Shown here: piece after piece, positions 1-12,711 of the stretch
Layout of the letters: every line of letters starts with the position of its first letter
Numbering within the stretch: position 1 is the stretch's first letter
NCBI GenBank assembly: GCA_022813865.1
Contig: JALDZX010000090.1
Coordinates: forward strand, 1-53,154
Length of the DNA stretch: 53,154 bases
DNA from: Xylographa opegraphella
Lineage: Eukaryota
Reading direction: 5' to 3'
Translations under genes and position numbers: made by a program
The notes under the pieces: generated by a model
What the model saw: the letters and a program-made list of their open reading frames with translations, nothing else
Told to the model about the DNA's origin: nothing
The model's database searches: none

Positions 1-579
1 GAAGTTAAAATAAACAGTGCTAACGCCAAGACTCCTAACCGCTTTCGAACTAGCCTGAGTCCCGTTCCGTCTATCACTTATTAAGGTGCCATGTAACACG
101 CCGTTACATAACGCACCCTACCAAGCCAAGATATCTTGAATCTGAGACCATTCTAGGATTATCCTGGGACTATGTGCGCTACCCCCCAAGCGCCCTTAAG
201 GTATGATTGGAAGGTAAACTTACGGAGTTAAAAACTCTAGCGTAATCCCTGATCTAATCCTTGCCGGAATGACGTTCACAATAGTTAGCGACTCTGTTTC
301 TTATTAGTTGACCACTTAATTTAGTCAATAAGAAACAATCTATCCACGCTGGGGATCTCCCAGGGCGAAGATCCCTATCGCGCTATCGGGATCTATTGAG
401 AAATAATGCGAGACGCGAGATTGATAATTTCTCTTTCTCTCCTTCCTCGTTAGGTTGCAAGACGGGGTGGCGCTTGAATGGTATAGGTAGTGCTTTGCTT
501 CGCTGCATGGCTTCCCATACTCGACGAGTGCGGCCTCTGATATACTTGTTCACTGACTGGCTTATTTGCGCTACTCTGC

Positions 580-2862
580 ATGGCTACTAAAGTCGCCCAG
601 AACACAGCCGACGCAACAAAACGTTTTGATCGTCATGCTGAGAAGCTATCGCTGCTTCCTCACCACAAGGAAAGTGAGAGAGCTTCGGCAACGACCGCTG
701 TTCAAGCACTCTTCGTGACCCCTCGAGACCCGGTAATAGAGACCGCTGACGGAGGTCGTCTGCCAGCCGTCCCGTTGAATGAAGCGCAAACACTCAACAA
801 GCTCAAGAGCGAGGCTGAAGGCCGGCCTTCCGACGCTGGCCTAGCAGCCATTGGGGATGCGGAAGCCGAACATTCGAAGCATACGGTTACAGGGCAACTG
901 GCGCCGAACGAAGTACTCGAAGGAGGAGCTTCGGAGCATAAGTCGTCTCAATCTACCGAGCCCGAAGCAACGTTGGGAAGTGCTACACCGCCATCTCGAA
1001 CAAATCCATTGTTTCCACCACTGCCTTTGTACGGACCGCCCACATTCATGCGAAACGTGCACTGCAATCTCTTCCGATGTACATCGTTCTTCCTGTCACT
1101 AGGATTTCTAGCTGTTATTGTACTAGGATCTGCCTTTACCAGTATCCCTCTGATGCTTCGACACATCAATCTACGACTGACAGGCAAAGATCCCGATGCT
1201 CGTCGACCTTTCCACGAGGAAGAGAAGAAACGAAAACGAGCTAGAAGAGAAGCTGCTAAAGCTTGGAAAGAGCGGAGGCGGCGGAGGAATAGTATGGACA
1301 AAGCTGGAGACGACAGCGAGGAGGGAGACGTTGGACAAAGCGATGGCTACACACCGACGGAGGGAGGTGACGATCCGTTGATCTGTGACGTTGGATATTA
1401 TGCACGTAGGGTGGGTTTAGACATCGAAGAGTTCAAGGTGCAGACGGAAGACGGGTTCATCATTCAGTTATGGCATGTCTTCAACCCAAAGGAGTATTCG
1501 CCTGTATCAGCTGAGGCACGACGCCACCACGAACCGGTGGTATTCCCGGAAAAGCATATCGAAAACGGTCACGTGAACGGAGCTTCAGGCGCCCAGTACA
1601 GGGACGGAAATCGACGGTATCCCGTACTGCTCGTGCACGGTCTTCTCCAAAGCTCAGGAGCTTATTGCGCTAATGACGAGGATAGTCTCGCATTCTTCCT
1701 CTGCAAAAGGTATGCTATTTAGCATCCAGCAATATTATCACTAACGATTTGAAACAGCGGCTACGATGTCTGGCTTGGTAATAACCGCTGCGGCTTCGAC
1801 CCTCAACATGAGATGCTCGCCTATTCGGATCCGCGCATGTGGGCCTGGAATATCCGCCAGATGGGTGTCATGGACCTCCCTGCCATCATCTCTCGTGTCC
1901 TCTCAGAGACCGGCTTCCCAAAGCTCGGCCTCGTCTGCCACTCGCAAGGCACGACCGAGACTTTTGTCGCTCTCGCCAAAGAACAGCGTCCCGACCTCGG
2001 CTCCAAGATCAGCGTGTTCTGCGCCTTGGCCCCTGCCGCATATGCAGGCCCACTGGTGAGCTCATATCTACCTAGGCACAGCCCTTTCTCATTTCCGTGG
2101 ACGTTTCCTTGAAACGCAGTGCTAACGATAATATTCCGACAGATCGGGAAGATGTACTTCAAGTTCATGCGTATCATTTCGCCCGGCATGTTTCGCATTT
2201 TCTTTGGCATCCACGCCTTTATCCCTTTCATGATGACCATGCATTCTTTACTCCCGGGTAAGCTGTACGGCGCTCTGGGTTATCGAGTTTTTTCGTTCTT
2301 GTTCAACTGGACCGACGACCGCTGGGAACAGGATCTTCGGGACCGCATGTTTCAATTTGCGCCGGTGTACGTCAGTGCGGAGAGTATGCGTTGGTGGCTC
2401 GGGAGGGAGTGCTTTGCGAAGCAGCGGTGCATCCTCGCCACGCGCGAGGAGGGCCAGCTCGAGGACGAGGAGGACGAGGACAACGACGACTCGCTCTTCG
2501 CCGGTAAAAGCAGTCGTCACACGAGCTCCGATGACCTCAGTTATAAGGCCGCTCGGTCCCGCGGGCGCACGGCCTGGTACGATGAGCAGGTCCCACCGAT
2601 GGCATTTTGGATCGCAGGGTCCGATGACTTGGTGGACGGGCGGAGGCTGTTACGACGGTTCGAAAGGGGTCGAGAGCCCCATGTCAGGCTCGTGCATTCG
2701 AAGATCATCGAGGAGTACGAGCACCTGGATGTCATATGGGCGATGGATGCGATTGAAAAAGTGGGGAAGGAGGTTCGCGAGGTCATTTGGAGGACGGCGT
2801 CCAAGGAATCCAGGGATCTGTGTCGGATCCCGGTGAATTGCGAGGACGTGAGACTGGATTGA
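580..2862 (+). CDS. AB-hydrolase-associated lipase / sterol ester hydrolase (Yeh1/Yeh2/Tgl1 family), 3 exons
   Basis: Introns 1710-1757 (GTATGC..CTAAC..CAG) and 2056-2142 (GTGAGC..CTAAC..CAG) join ORFs 580, 1813 and 2119. Motifs VQTEDGFII, LVHGLLQS, GYDVWLGNNR (formed across intron 1), nucleophile CHSQG and YEHLDVIW. Hydrophobic TM segment FFLSLGFLAVIVLG. Confidence 0.9.
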
Positions 2863-3947
2863 TATTTGGAAGGGTGGGTATATGAGTCAGTCCGTGGCGC
2901 TTGTAGTCATGGAGCGGGATGGGACGGCGACATGTCCAGAGGAGGAATATCAAGTCCTTGACAAATGCATTCCGAGGTGCGCGAGCGTCATGTTCCTGTC
3001 AGAACTTCTATCGCAGGTCGAATTCACATACATTGAATTTTGAGCCACACAGCAAGTTCTGCGGCGACCAGTGGCGGAGAGATATGTGCGGCCATGATGC
3101 AACTTGCGCATGACATTAGTAGCTCTATCTCCAAGGTTGGCCAGTCCAAATTACATGCAGCCTTGTGCACAGACTGCTGCCAATGTGAGAAAGAATGTTA
3201 AGGTATATTTCTCAATCTGATACTAATGCCTGAAGCACATCTCAATCACCCCGATCCGCAGTTAGTGCGAGCGAGGTTTCCTTGGAAGCGTAGCATTAGT
3301 CATGCGGCGCTGTGATGAATCTGGAAAGCGTACGCGGGGCCACTAACTCGAAACTCGTCGAGGGGCAATTCTAGCCCTGTCCGCTGCCGGGACCCCTGTT
3401 CCGCTTATCGACTCCCCGCTTCGCATCGAATAATAGTAAGGTAACCTCACCTTACTTTCGTACCTTACGAGCTTACCTATCTACCTAAGGTAGGTAATCT
3501 TCCCCAATCCGCTGACATCAGCCATGTCCACGCCCTCCCACCCATCCCCCGACCTCGTACGGCGTTATGCCGCGCTACTCGTCCTGTCAGTATCAACCCC
3601 CGAGGACCGGCAAAACGAAAGAGAGATAAGCATCTTCGCACCGCGCCGACCGCTCACCCCACCCGAATCAAAATCAGCACTAGATGTACTTCCCAACCGC
3701 TTGTTATCGGTCGTGACTGGGCACAGCAGTAGGAGCCTATGCCCATCCCAGTTACGCCGTGCAAACACGATGGCCCTATTGCGCTGCATGGAGGGATCTG
3801 CTATCAGGGAGGAGCAACTCGGGCTCGCCATGCATTTATGACGAGGCCCTACCCCCCTCTGGTCCCCTTCTACTGTGGTAAGGCTTCGAGGGTGATCGGC
3901 TATCTATACTTCAGGGCCTCAGTGAACGCATTCGTCCGTTCACCAAG

Positions 3948-5861
3948 ATGGCAGACATCAACGCCAGCAAAGATGGAGGCATCACCGAGACATTGCAACC
4001 ACCGCGCGGCTATAGTCTTTCGGGCCGCAAGAAATCCGTGGCCGAGGAACCGGTAACGTCGGTCCTGACGGGTGGAGAGGTCCCCGTCTACGACCGCGAG
4101 TTGACCGCCGACGAAGAGGTCTTGGCTGCCTTGGGATACAAACCAGAGTTCAAGCGCGAGTTCAGCTTATGGACAAGCTTCTGTGTCAGCTTTGCCGTCC
4201 TGGGACTTCTGCCCTCTTTCGCTTCGACGTTGTACTATGGCATGGGATATGCTGGCGAACCGGGCATGGTCTGGGGATGGTTGATTGCAATGGTCTTCAT
4301 CCAATGCGTCGCGATGAGTATGGCGGAGATCTGCTCGTCGATGCCGACAAGTGGCGGTCTCTACTATGCGGCCGCCGTGCTTGCTCCTCCGGGCTGGGGA
4401 CCACTGGCGGCGTGGATTACCGGCTGGAGTAATTGGCTTGGTCAGGTCACCGGTGCTCCGTCAGTCGACTATGCGTGTACGTGCAGCGTTCCCCGTGAGG
4501 TCTGTTCAGTAGCTAACTCAGCCAACAGTGGCGGCTATGATCTTGGCTGCTGCCTCGATCACCAACCCGGACTACGTCCCAACACCGTATCAGACTTGGC
4601 TCTTGACTACCTTCATCATGCTTATCCATGGCTGCATCAGCAGTATGCCGACAAGGTGGATTGCCAACTTCAATTCTTATGGGTCTACGTTCAACATCGT
4701 TGGGCTCTTCATCGTCATCATCATGATACCCACCGCAGCCAATCGGGAATCTCAAGGCCTCCCGAAATTCAATTCTTCGGCGGAGGTATGGGGGGATATC
4801 TACAACAGCACCGACTTTCCCGCTGGCATTGCAATCCTCATGAGTTTCGTCGCCGTTATCTGGACGTAAGTGCAGGATGACCTGGTTATCTGTGCCATCC
4901 ATCTAATCTTTGGTCCAGAATGTCTGGGTATGACGCCCCATTTCATCTCAGCGAAGAGTGCTCCAATGCCAACATCGCCTCGCCAAGGGCGATTGTATTG
5001 ACCTCGGGTGTTGGCGGGACCTTTGGCTGGTTTCTGCAGCTCGTCGTGGCCTACACAGTCATCGATATCCCCTCCGTGATTGGATCCGACCTCGGGCAGC
5101 CGTGGGCATCGTATTTGATCCAGGTCATGCCCCAAAAGACAGCGCTTGCTATCCTAAGTCTGACGATCATCTGTGGGTTCTCGATGGGTCAGGGATGCAT
5201 GGTGGCAGCCTCTCGCGTGACATTTGCCTACGCTCGGGACGGCTGCTTCCCCTTTTCTTGGTGGATCAAGCGCGTCAACAAGCACACGTACACGCCAGTG
5301 AACGCCGTTTGGTTCAACACCACCATTGGCATCTGCATGACCTTGCTCATCTTCGGCGGCACCGTGGCCATCGGTGCGATCTTCTCCATCGCAGCGGTTG
5401 CCGCGTTTGTGGCATTCACGATTCCCATCTTCATCCGGGTGTTTATGGTTGGCAATAGATTTCGGCCTGGCCCGTGGAACCTGGGCAAGTTCAGCTTGCC
5501 CATCGGCGCCATGGCCTGCGCGTTTGTCATGTTGATGGTTCCTGTGCTGTGTTTCCCGGCCATGACCGGCACTGATCTGGAGTGAGTACCCAATCTTTGG
5601 GACTTCTGGCAGGCACAAGCTGACGAACTCGGTAGCCCATCGGTGATGAACTGGACGGCCGTCGTCTATGGGGGACCCATGACCCTTGCCCTCCTGTGGT
5701 TCGCCATCGATGCACACAAATGGTTCAAGGGTCCGAAGGTCAACATCGAGCACATGATGCTGGGACGCGAGGGAGCCGTGATCAATGGCGAGGGCCAAGA
5801 TAGTGGCGCATCGAGCGCCAACTCTCTCAGCGATGCGGAAAAGGGCAAGCTCGCAGCCTAA
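3948..5861 (+). CDS. APC-superfamily amino-acid/GABA/polyamine permease (UGA4-like), 4 exons
   Basis: Introns 4477-4528, 4866-4918 and 5582-5635 restore one frame. Motifs LGYKPEFKREFS, SSMPTSGGLYY, GYDAPFHLSEECSNA, SRVTFAYARDG and FRPGPWNLG; many TM helices. Confidence 0.92.
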
Positions 5862-6398
5862 GGTAAGGTAAGAGGTGGTGGGGGCCACGATATCTGTACT
5901 GAGCTAAAATCCGTAAATTTGTAAGCGGCAACGGTCGTCTGGGTGGTGTGGTGCTGCCCGGGGAGCTAAGGTAAGGGTATCCTTAGACAATATGCCCGAT
6001 TAGGATACGGCAATTTATCCGCCAAGCTCGCTAAAATTATGGCCCAGCCACCTTCTCGAACGCGCCTCATGAGAGCAAATAAACACTTTTCGCAAGACGA
6101 AATACCATGCCCACCATGATTCCTCTATTCCTTCCATTCTCGTTGCTCTTACCTGGCCGAACATGCAGGTCCCCATTGCGTACATGTGAGCTTTTCTGTG
6201 TCATCTTACAGACTATAGAGTAGGTAATGTGATTCTCTAGATGCGTTCTTCACGCACATGGGCGATTGCACACGTCCGAGCCTCCCGGCCGGTGCGGGGA
6301 AATCGGGCTAGGACTTCTCACCTCGAGACACTATACTACCCTGCCGTTGAAAGCTTTTCCTGCTTGATGTGCAATTTTGATCTGTTCGATCCGCGAAG

Positions 6399-8145
6399 AT
6401 GTTTCTTAACTTCCTAATCACGCCTTACGCTCTGTTCCTTGCTCCTTTCTTGTACTATCTATTACCGTATCTGCGCAACAGTTCCATCCGTGGTGTGCCT
6501 GGTCCATTCCTTGCTGCATTTTCGAGTTTGTGGCTCTTGTATCAATGTAGGCGGGGACGACGCTATCTGGCTGTTGATGATGCACATAAGAAACATGGGA
6601 CTCTGGTCCGTATACAGCCTGATCATGTATCGGTGGCGGACGCGGATGCCATTCCTATCATATATGGTCATGGCAATGGCTTTCTAAAGAGGTACGTCTT
6701 TGGTCCGAGGCCAGTACCCTTTTCTCTGATGGTAGCTTGTAACCCAGTCACTACTACGATGCGTTTGTGAGCATCCAGCGTGGGCTTTTCAACACACGGG
6801 ATCGAGCGGAGCATACCCGGAAGCGGAAGACTGTTTCTCATACGTTCAGCGCCAAATCCATTGGTCAGTTTGAGCAGTACATGCATCACAATCTAGAGGA
6901 GCTCGTCAAGCAGTGGGATCGGCTCTCTTCGACCGCCATTGGTGCAGGTGAGAAATATGCAGATATTGATTCTCTACACTGGTTCAACTACCTTGCTTTT
7001 GATATCATCGGAGATCTGGTACGCCCATTCACGATTCGCGGAATGAGAATGGGGACAATTGCAAGGCTAATCTTCGAGTTCAACGCATCAGGCTTTCGGT
7101 GCTCCTTTCGGTATGCTCTCCAAAGGTAAAGACATTGCCGAGGTCCGTAAAACGCCCCATGGCCCGGTGACTTATGCGCCCGCCATCGAAGTTCTCAATC
7201 GTAGGGGTGAAGTGTCTGGTACGCTTGGCTGTCTTCCCACTCTCAAGCCCTACGCCAAGTATCTGCCCGACCGCTTCTTCCGCGACGGGCTCAAAGCGGT
7301 AGAGAACCTTGCCGGTATAGCTGTTGCCAGGGTAAATGAGCGGCTCAAGAAGGTTGAGGAAGGGAATGGCGGGGACGAGAGAATGGATCTCCTGGCACGA
7401 TTAATGGAAGGGAGGGACGAGAATGGTAACAAGTTAGGGAGAGCGGAATTGACTGCTGAAGCCTTGACGCAACTCATTGCCGGATCTGATACAACAAGCA
7501 ACACGAGCTGTGCTATATTATTCTGGTGTCTGAAGACTCCCGGAGTCTTCGAAAAGCTACAGTCGGAGATAGACGAGGCCGTGCCATTAGGCATGCATGT
7601 GCCAGATTACGATACCGTGAAGGACTTACCATAGTAGTTCTCGCTCTTTCTTCATTCCCGTCACACACCCACAAAATATTGACTTGCTGCTAACCCGAGC
7701 TCCCAGCCTCCAACAAGTCATTTCCGAAACTCTCCGCATCCACTCCACCTCCTCCCTCGGCCTCCCCCGCATCGTCCCCGCCGGCCCGCCAGTCACCGTC
7801 GCCTCGCATGCGTTCCCCGCCGGCACCGTTCTCTCCGTCCCCGCATACACTATTCACCACTCCACCGCTATTTGGGGCCCCGACGCTGACTCTTTCCGTC
7901 CTGATCGGTTCGCACCCGAGAACTTGACCGACAAGCAGAAGCAGGCTTTCATTCCCTTCAGCTATGGACCGAGAAGCTGTGTGGGCAGGAACGTGGCGGA
8001 GATGGAGCTGGCACTGATTGTGGGCACGGTGGTTGGGAGGTATGAGTTTGAGTTGCGGGAGGAGGAGTTGGCGACGCGGGAAGGGTTTCTGAGGAAGCCG
8101 CTGGGATGTCGGGTGGGGATGCGGAGGAGGGTGGGCAGAGCATGA
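6399..8145 (+). CDS. bphA: Cytochrome P450, CYP53 family (benzoate 4-monooxygenase), 4 exons
   Basis: Introns 6692-6747, 7019-7091 and 7634-7706. I-helix AEALTQLIAGSDTTSNT, ETLR and heme motif FSYGPRSCVG. CYP53-typical segments YYDAFVSIQRGLFNTRDRAEHTRKRK and LNRRGEVSGTLG. Confidence 0.9.
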
Positions 8146-9111
8146 TTGCGAACCGGTGAGCTACCAAGCGGTGAGTGCAGCGTAGCGACGCAAGGCGTAG
8201 GTAATCATGATGCCAGCAGACATTCGCTCCAGCTTCGTTCATCCGTAAACAAACATGGTTTTTCGTTTCCACTTTAACCATCCCGAGTATAGACCCATGC
8301 TGGAAATCATCGCAAAGTCAATCAATTATTGGGGATTGAAGTACGCGTTAGGATCGCGATGGAGTTGAGCAAGGAACACGAGGGGCAACGAATCCGCTTC
8401 AACGAAGATGTGAGCGATCCGCTCCAAATCACCTACGAATATCTTGTGTAAGGTATTCTCTTTCGTTCGGACTCCTATGTACCTTAGTTCGGACTATATC
8501 CCAAGTTAGCCTAGGCTCAGAGTGGCCTCGGCATTGCTTGCCTCAAGTTGATCAAGCTGCATATCTTACCCAGTAAAGGTAGTCTACTCAGCTGGGACGT
8601 CCCTTCGACGTTCACGCTGGACCATTATTGTTGCCGCAGCTCTCAGCTCTCAGCTCGAATTTCCATCTCTGACCATCGATTCATTTTGGCTTGAGGCATT
8701 GCTGATACTGTTGGTCTTGCTGTCATGCCTTTGTTCAGGATGTTGGCCGGGTAGACTACCGTGCTTTTTCCTTCGCCGGACTGGGACAGCGTCGTCTTCA
8801 AGATTTGTGCTTTCCAACCAAGAGATTTCTCGGACAGCTTTTGGATATAGCAGGTCTTTCATGAGAATTACTACCACTGTTCCATTTCTTATGCAAAAGT
8901 GATGTTGCGATGCCTGCAAACGGATTTTCTTTGTACCATAATGGTCGTTCCTACAGGGTTGACCTTTATGGTATGGCTTCTTCTTTCCTGGCATCGCTGG
9001 AGCTTTCTGCCTTAAGACGCTTTTGAATGTCCTGTTGATGCGGTGCGAACATCCTTACCAAGTGTGAACAATCAGTTTTTAAAGTGCGGGAAAGTCTTGT
9101 GCTTTGCCAGA

Positions 9112-11274
9112 ATGTTGAACACGAACTACCAATTGAACTTCGGGGTGGAGTTAGAATCTATATTCGTATTTCACGAAAAATTGTTGATTGGTCAATTACG
9201 GATAGACTCAGGCAGGCGCCCATTCACGAAGACGAATGGAGCAGCATTGGACACGCCAACTGTGCTTGGACATCAGGCGAGCATCCGAAAAGATCTCTCT
9301 GATGATGTTCGCGCAGAGCTACGTCAAGGTTCACGGCACTATCATCTACGTCATCCTTATTATACCAGCTGGGGGTTGTCCACGCCGCGAAAACAATCGG
9401 CATCAGATGTTAGACCATTCATAGAAAACCGCAGTGAAGGCATGCGAATGGCTAGAGAACGCGACCATACAATAGTGCGAACCTACGATCTTGAGCCTGT
9501 AAGAATAGCGAGAGAAGTGCTGCTATCCGACGGAGCATATGATATGTGGAGAGCATCGGAGCATCCTTCGAGTAGTACTGGACTCCAGATTACCGTTCGA
9601 AGCGGCGAGAGCCAGTACAAACCCGTGCTTGAGTTTCGAGATTGGCATGTCACGTCTGACTACAGTCTGTCTGGCCTTGAGCGGGATGAACTTGCAGCAT
9701 ATCTAGAGGAATACAAGGTCTGTAGTCTCCGGGACGGCGTCGGAGCTTCCCCGTTCTCCAATGGCTTGTCCATGAACTACATTACTAATTTGTACCGACC
9801 GGCGTCCGAATCTGCATCGTCTCCTTCACAAGGTTCGTCTGCTACCGTTTCCAGTGTGCTGTCGATGCAATAGTGTACTGATTCTTTCACCCGAGGTGAC
9901 CAAGTTTCGGGGACCGACATATTATCGGCTTTAGACCACTACTTGACCACAATAGAACAAGACCTTACTCCAAAGCAGCCTAGGCCCAATAATACCTCAA
10001 GTTCGAGCGTCATTGCCCAAGATGGAAGCGTGATTGGCAAGAGGAAAGCTGGACCAATAACGCACGAGCCACTTAGTAAAAGAACGAGATTGTCAGCAAG
10101 CCCGGTGCTTGGTGAGAAACAGACTGGATTACCAGACGTTAATGCTTGTGAGCATACCGAATAGGTGTAGGACTAGTTTGAACCCACGCTGACCAAGTTC
10201 AAGGGGATAGTTTTGGTGTCGAGCTTGTCTCCAGTGTCCTCAAACCGGTGGCGGAGGATTTTGAAACCATTGCTAGGTTTTGTAACCTTCTCAAAGGGTA
10301 AGTTTCTTCTGCGTGAATTCCCACAGTAAACTGAATCGCTCAATAGTGAGCGATGTCATGATCATGGCGCGACTATAAACGACACATGTGGCCTTCACGT
10401 TCATCTCAAGCCGATGGGCTATGGCAATGAGTTTGATCTGAACACCGTGAAGCATCTGGCGTATTTGATTGCGGTTTATGAGAAGGAGATCGATACACTA
10501 CACCCCTTTCACCGTCGTACTGACGCGCCACACGGTGCTACTCTTTACGACTTCAAGTCCAATACTCAAAAATTGCGGTACGACAACTTTATTCATGCAG
10601 ACTTCAAATTGGTTCAGGAACTCATTAGTGAGAAAGAAAGTCTGGATGAATTGGTATGGCTTATGGGTGAAGACAAAGGATATGTGGTTAATTTCTCCAA
10701 TCTTCTTCGCAATGATGCTGCAACCGATGGTCCGAGAACCATCGAGTTCCGTCAACACGAAGGCGTGCTGAGGGGTGAGATGGTCGAATGGTGGGTCAAA
10801 TTCTGCGTCGGTCTGCTGCAGTTGGCAAACCACGCTGCGACTCAAGTGAACACCGATGGAACTCCTATCGGAGATTTCCACAAGCAATGTGAAATCTATC
10901 CTTTTAGTGAGAGCAACGACTGCATTAGCGTCTGGGATCTGTTTGATCTGATGGACTTCCCCAACGAAGGCCGGAGATACTTCCAACGACGTGCGGCATA
11001 TTTTACTCACTATAAGCGGAATGGTCATCCTACGCCAGAGCCAGATAGCCCAGATTATGGGTACCGGGGACCGCAAAGATACCAGACACCGGATCGACCC
11101 TCTTACTCTGATCTAACGACTTTATCATACGGTGATTCAGGGAATTCGAAGACTTCGAGCTTGGCGAGACAGATTGTAGCGAGGGTAAATCAGCACCTAG
11201 ACAATATACAATCCAGTTATAGTCCTGACGACCTCGTCACCATAAGCGCTCATCATTCTACTGTGGGGTCATAA
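9112..11274 (+). CDS. Putative amidoligase (Amidoligase_2 / COOH-NH2 ligase fold), multi-exon; 3' end uncertain
   Basis: Motifs in the expected order: FGVELE, WHVTSDYSL, GVELVS, CGLHVH, VVNFSNL and TIEFRQHEG. Inferred introns 9833-9904 (or -9895; removes the TAG at 9871), 10148-10203 and 10298-10346 give a continuous frame. Confidence 0.78.
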
Positions 11275-11994
11275 GCAGCAGCTCACGGGGCTGCTACTGA
11301 CAGCGCTTTTAATGCAGTGTCTTTGGCTAACATGGCTACTGGCCTAGCAGGCCTTGGAACAGTAGCAGCGACCGTTAAAGGGGCCGCTGCAACGCCCTCG
11401 GACGTCCTAGCCACCACAAATTATCCCATTCCCCGTGCCGATAGTCCCAGCCCCTTCAACCCTCTCCCTCAAACGACCACCACTCATCAATCGCCGCACC
11501 TAAATCCTTACCCCTTGCTACCCCACAACGATAAAGCGCCGCATATCCAACCTTGGGTCCCCATCAACTCCCCAAAGGGCCAAAAATTCATCCGAGAGCA
11601 CAATCTCCCCGGGTTGACAGGAAAGCCATACGAAAAGAGACCCAAATCGGTCCCTTCATCACGCCGGAACACCATTAACCCCGAGCCTTCGCCCCAAGGG
11701 ACAAAGACGGCCTCACGCAAGTATGCACAGCAAGGCCGACACATCTTCCCAATCTACACCTTCCCCGCTCCGCAACGTTACCATTTCCGGCCCGCCTCCC
11801 GGCAACACCAATCTCTCTGATCCTTCCAATGTTACTCTCCTCTCCGGTTCGTACCCTCCCACCCCCAACCATCCTGGCTTATCCACATCCCCACCTTCCA
11901 GCCTGGACTCGCCATTCGCGCCGTCCATCTTGCCCAGCTACTCCCGGCCCGGTATCACCCCACCGTTCCAGCAGCAGCTGGCGGCCACGTCAAC

Positions 11995-12025
11995 CCCAGC
12001 CCCAGCCCCAGCCCCAGCCCCAGCC
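11995..12025 (+). repeat. Hexamer microsatellite (CCCAGC/CCCCAG) about 5 copies, PAPAPA-coding in ORF 11723-12097
   Basis: Direct reading of ccccagccccagccccagccccagccccagcc. Confidence 0.85.
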
Positions 12026-12711
12026 AAACACGGGCTTCCGGTGGGCGGGAATAGGCCAGGTAGTGCCACTGGGAAGCCAGCTCTGCAGTCCCAGTAGCTA
12101 CCGTCACAGAGATCCCCGCCAAAAACAGGCCCAAGGTATATCTTGGCCGTGACCAACGGGCCGGGGCATTCGCTTACCACGATGGGACTCGGGACATCGA
12201 TATATAAGTTATAGGGTCAGCAGGGGCGGGTAATTGCTGCGAGACTGCAAAGGCTCGGTGTCGACGCTGGCCAAGGTCGTGGAGGAGGTGGGTACGGCGT
12301 TACAGGTAACGGCTTATGGATCAAAGCGAGGGACGGGCTGTGGATAAATAATGGACGGGAGGAGGCGGGGGTGTTTGCGTGGAAGAGGTATGTGGTACGC
12401 GGAATTTAGTAGCGCCGCGTGGAAGGTGTTCGAAAGCGCGGTCGAGCTGTTGGTATTGTATCTGCGTACGGGCAGTCAAAGGGGCATGGGGTTTTTACGT
12501 GCTTGTGAAAGAATTGAATCGTTCGTGGTGTTTCGTCGTCCTTTGCGCTTCGGTCATCAACCAATGGGGTGGCTTCACGATTCCCAAAAGGATAAATTGA
12601 AGCTTGCGTAGGAACGTATGTGACCGCTGATCCGTTATATACAACATATGGACACGGAATTCATTACCCGCGATTCCACCGAACCCTTCGATGCATCGTT
12701 CCTTACCGCCC

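Noticed and set aside
361..370. CAGGGCGAAG shared with 52938-52947, hinting at terminal repeats of a giant mobile element
   Set aside because: Only 10 nt, no tyrosine-recombinase captain or transposase is present, and the enclosed genes are ordinary core genes.
3524..3947. Upstream ORFs before the permease as a translational control element
   Set aside because: The transcription start is unknown and the peptides resemble no known regulatory uORF.
8650..8994. 114-aa basic ORF between CYP53 and the amidoligase
   Set aside because: No recognisable domain or splice support; cannot be distinguished from a chance ORF.
9871..9873. In-frame TAG in the amidoligase, suggesting A-to-I stop-codon correction or a pseudogene
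   Set aside because: It lies inside a plausible frame-preserving intron (donor GTTCGT 9833, branch CTGAT about 9878, acceptor 9904 or 9895), so editing is not needed. RNA-seq would settle it.
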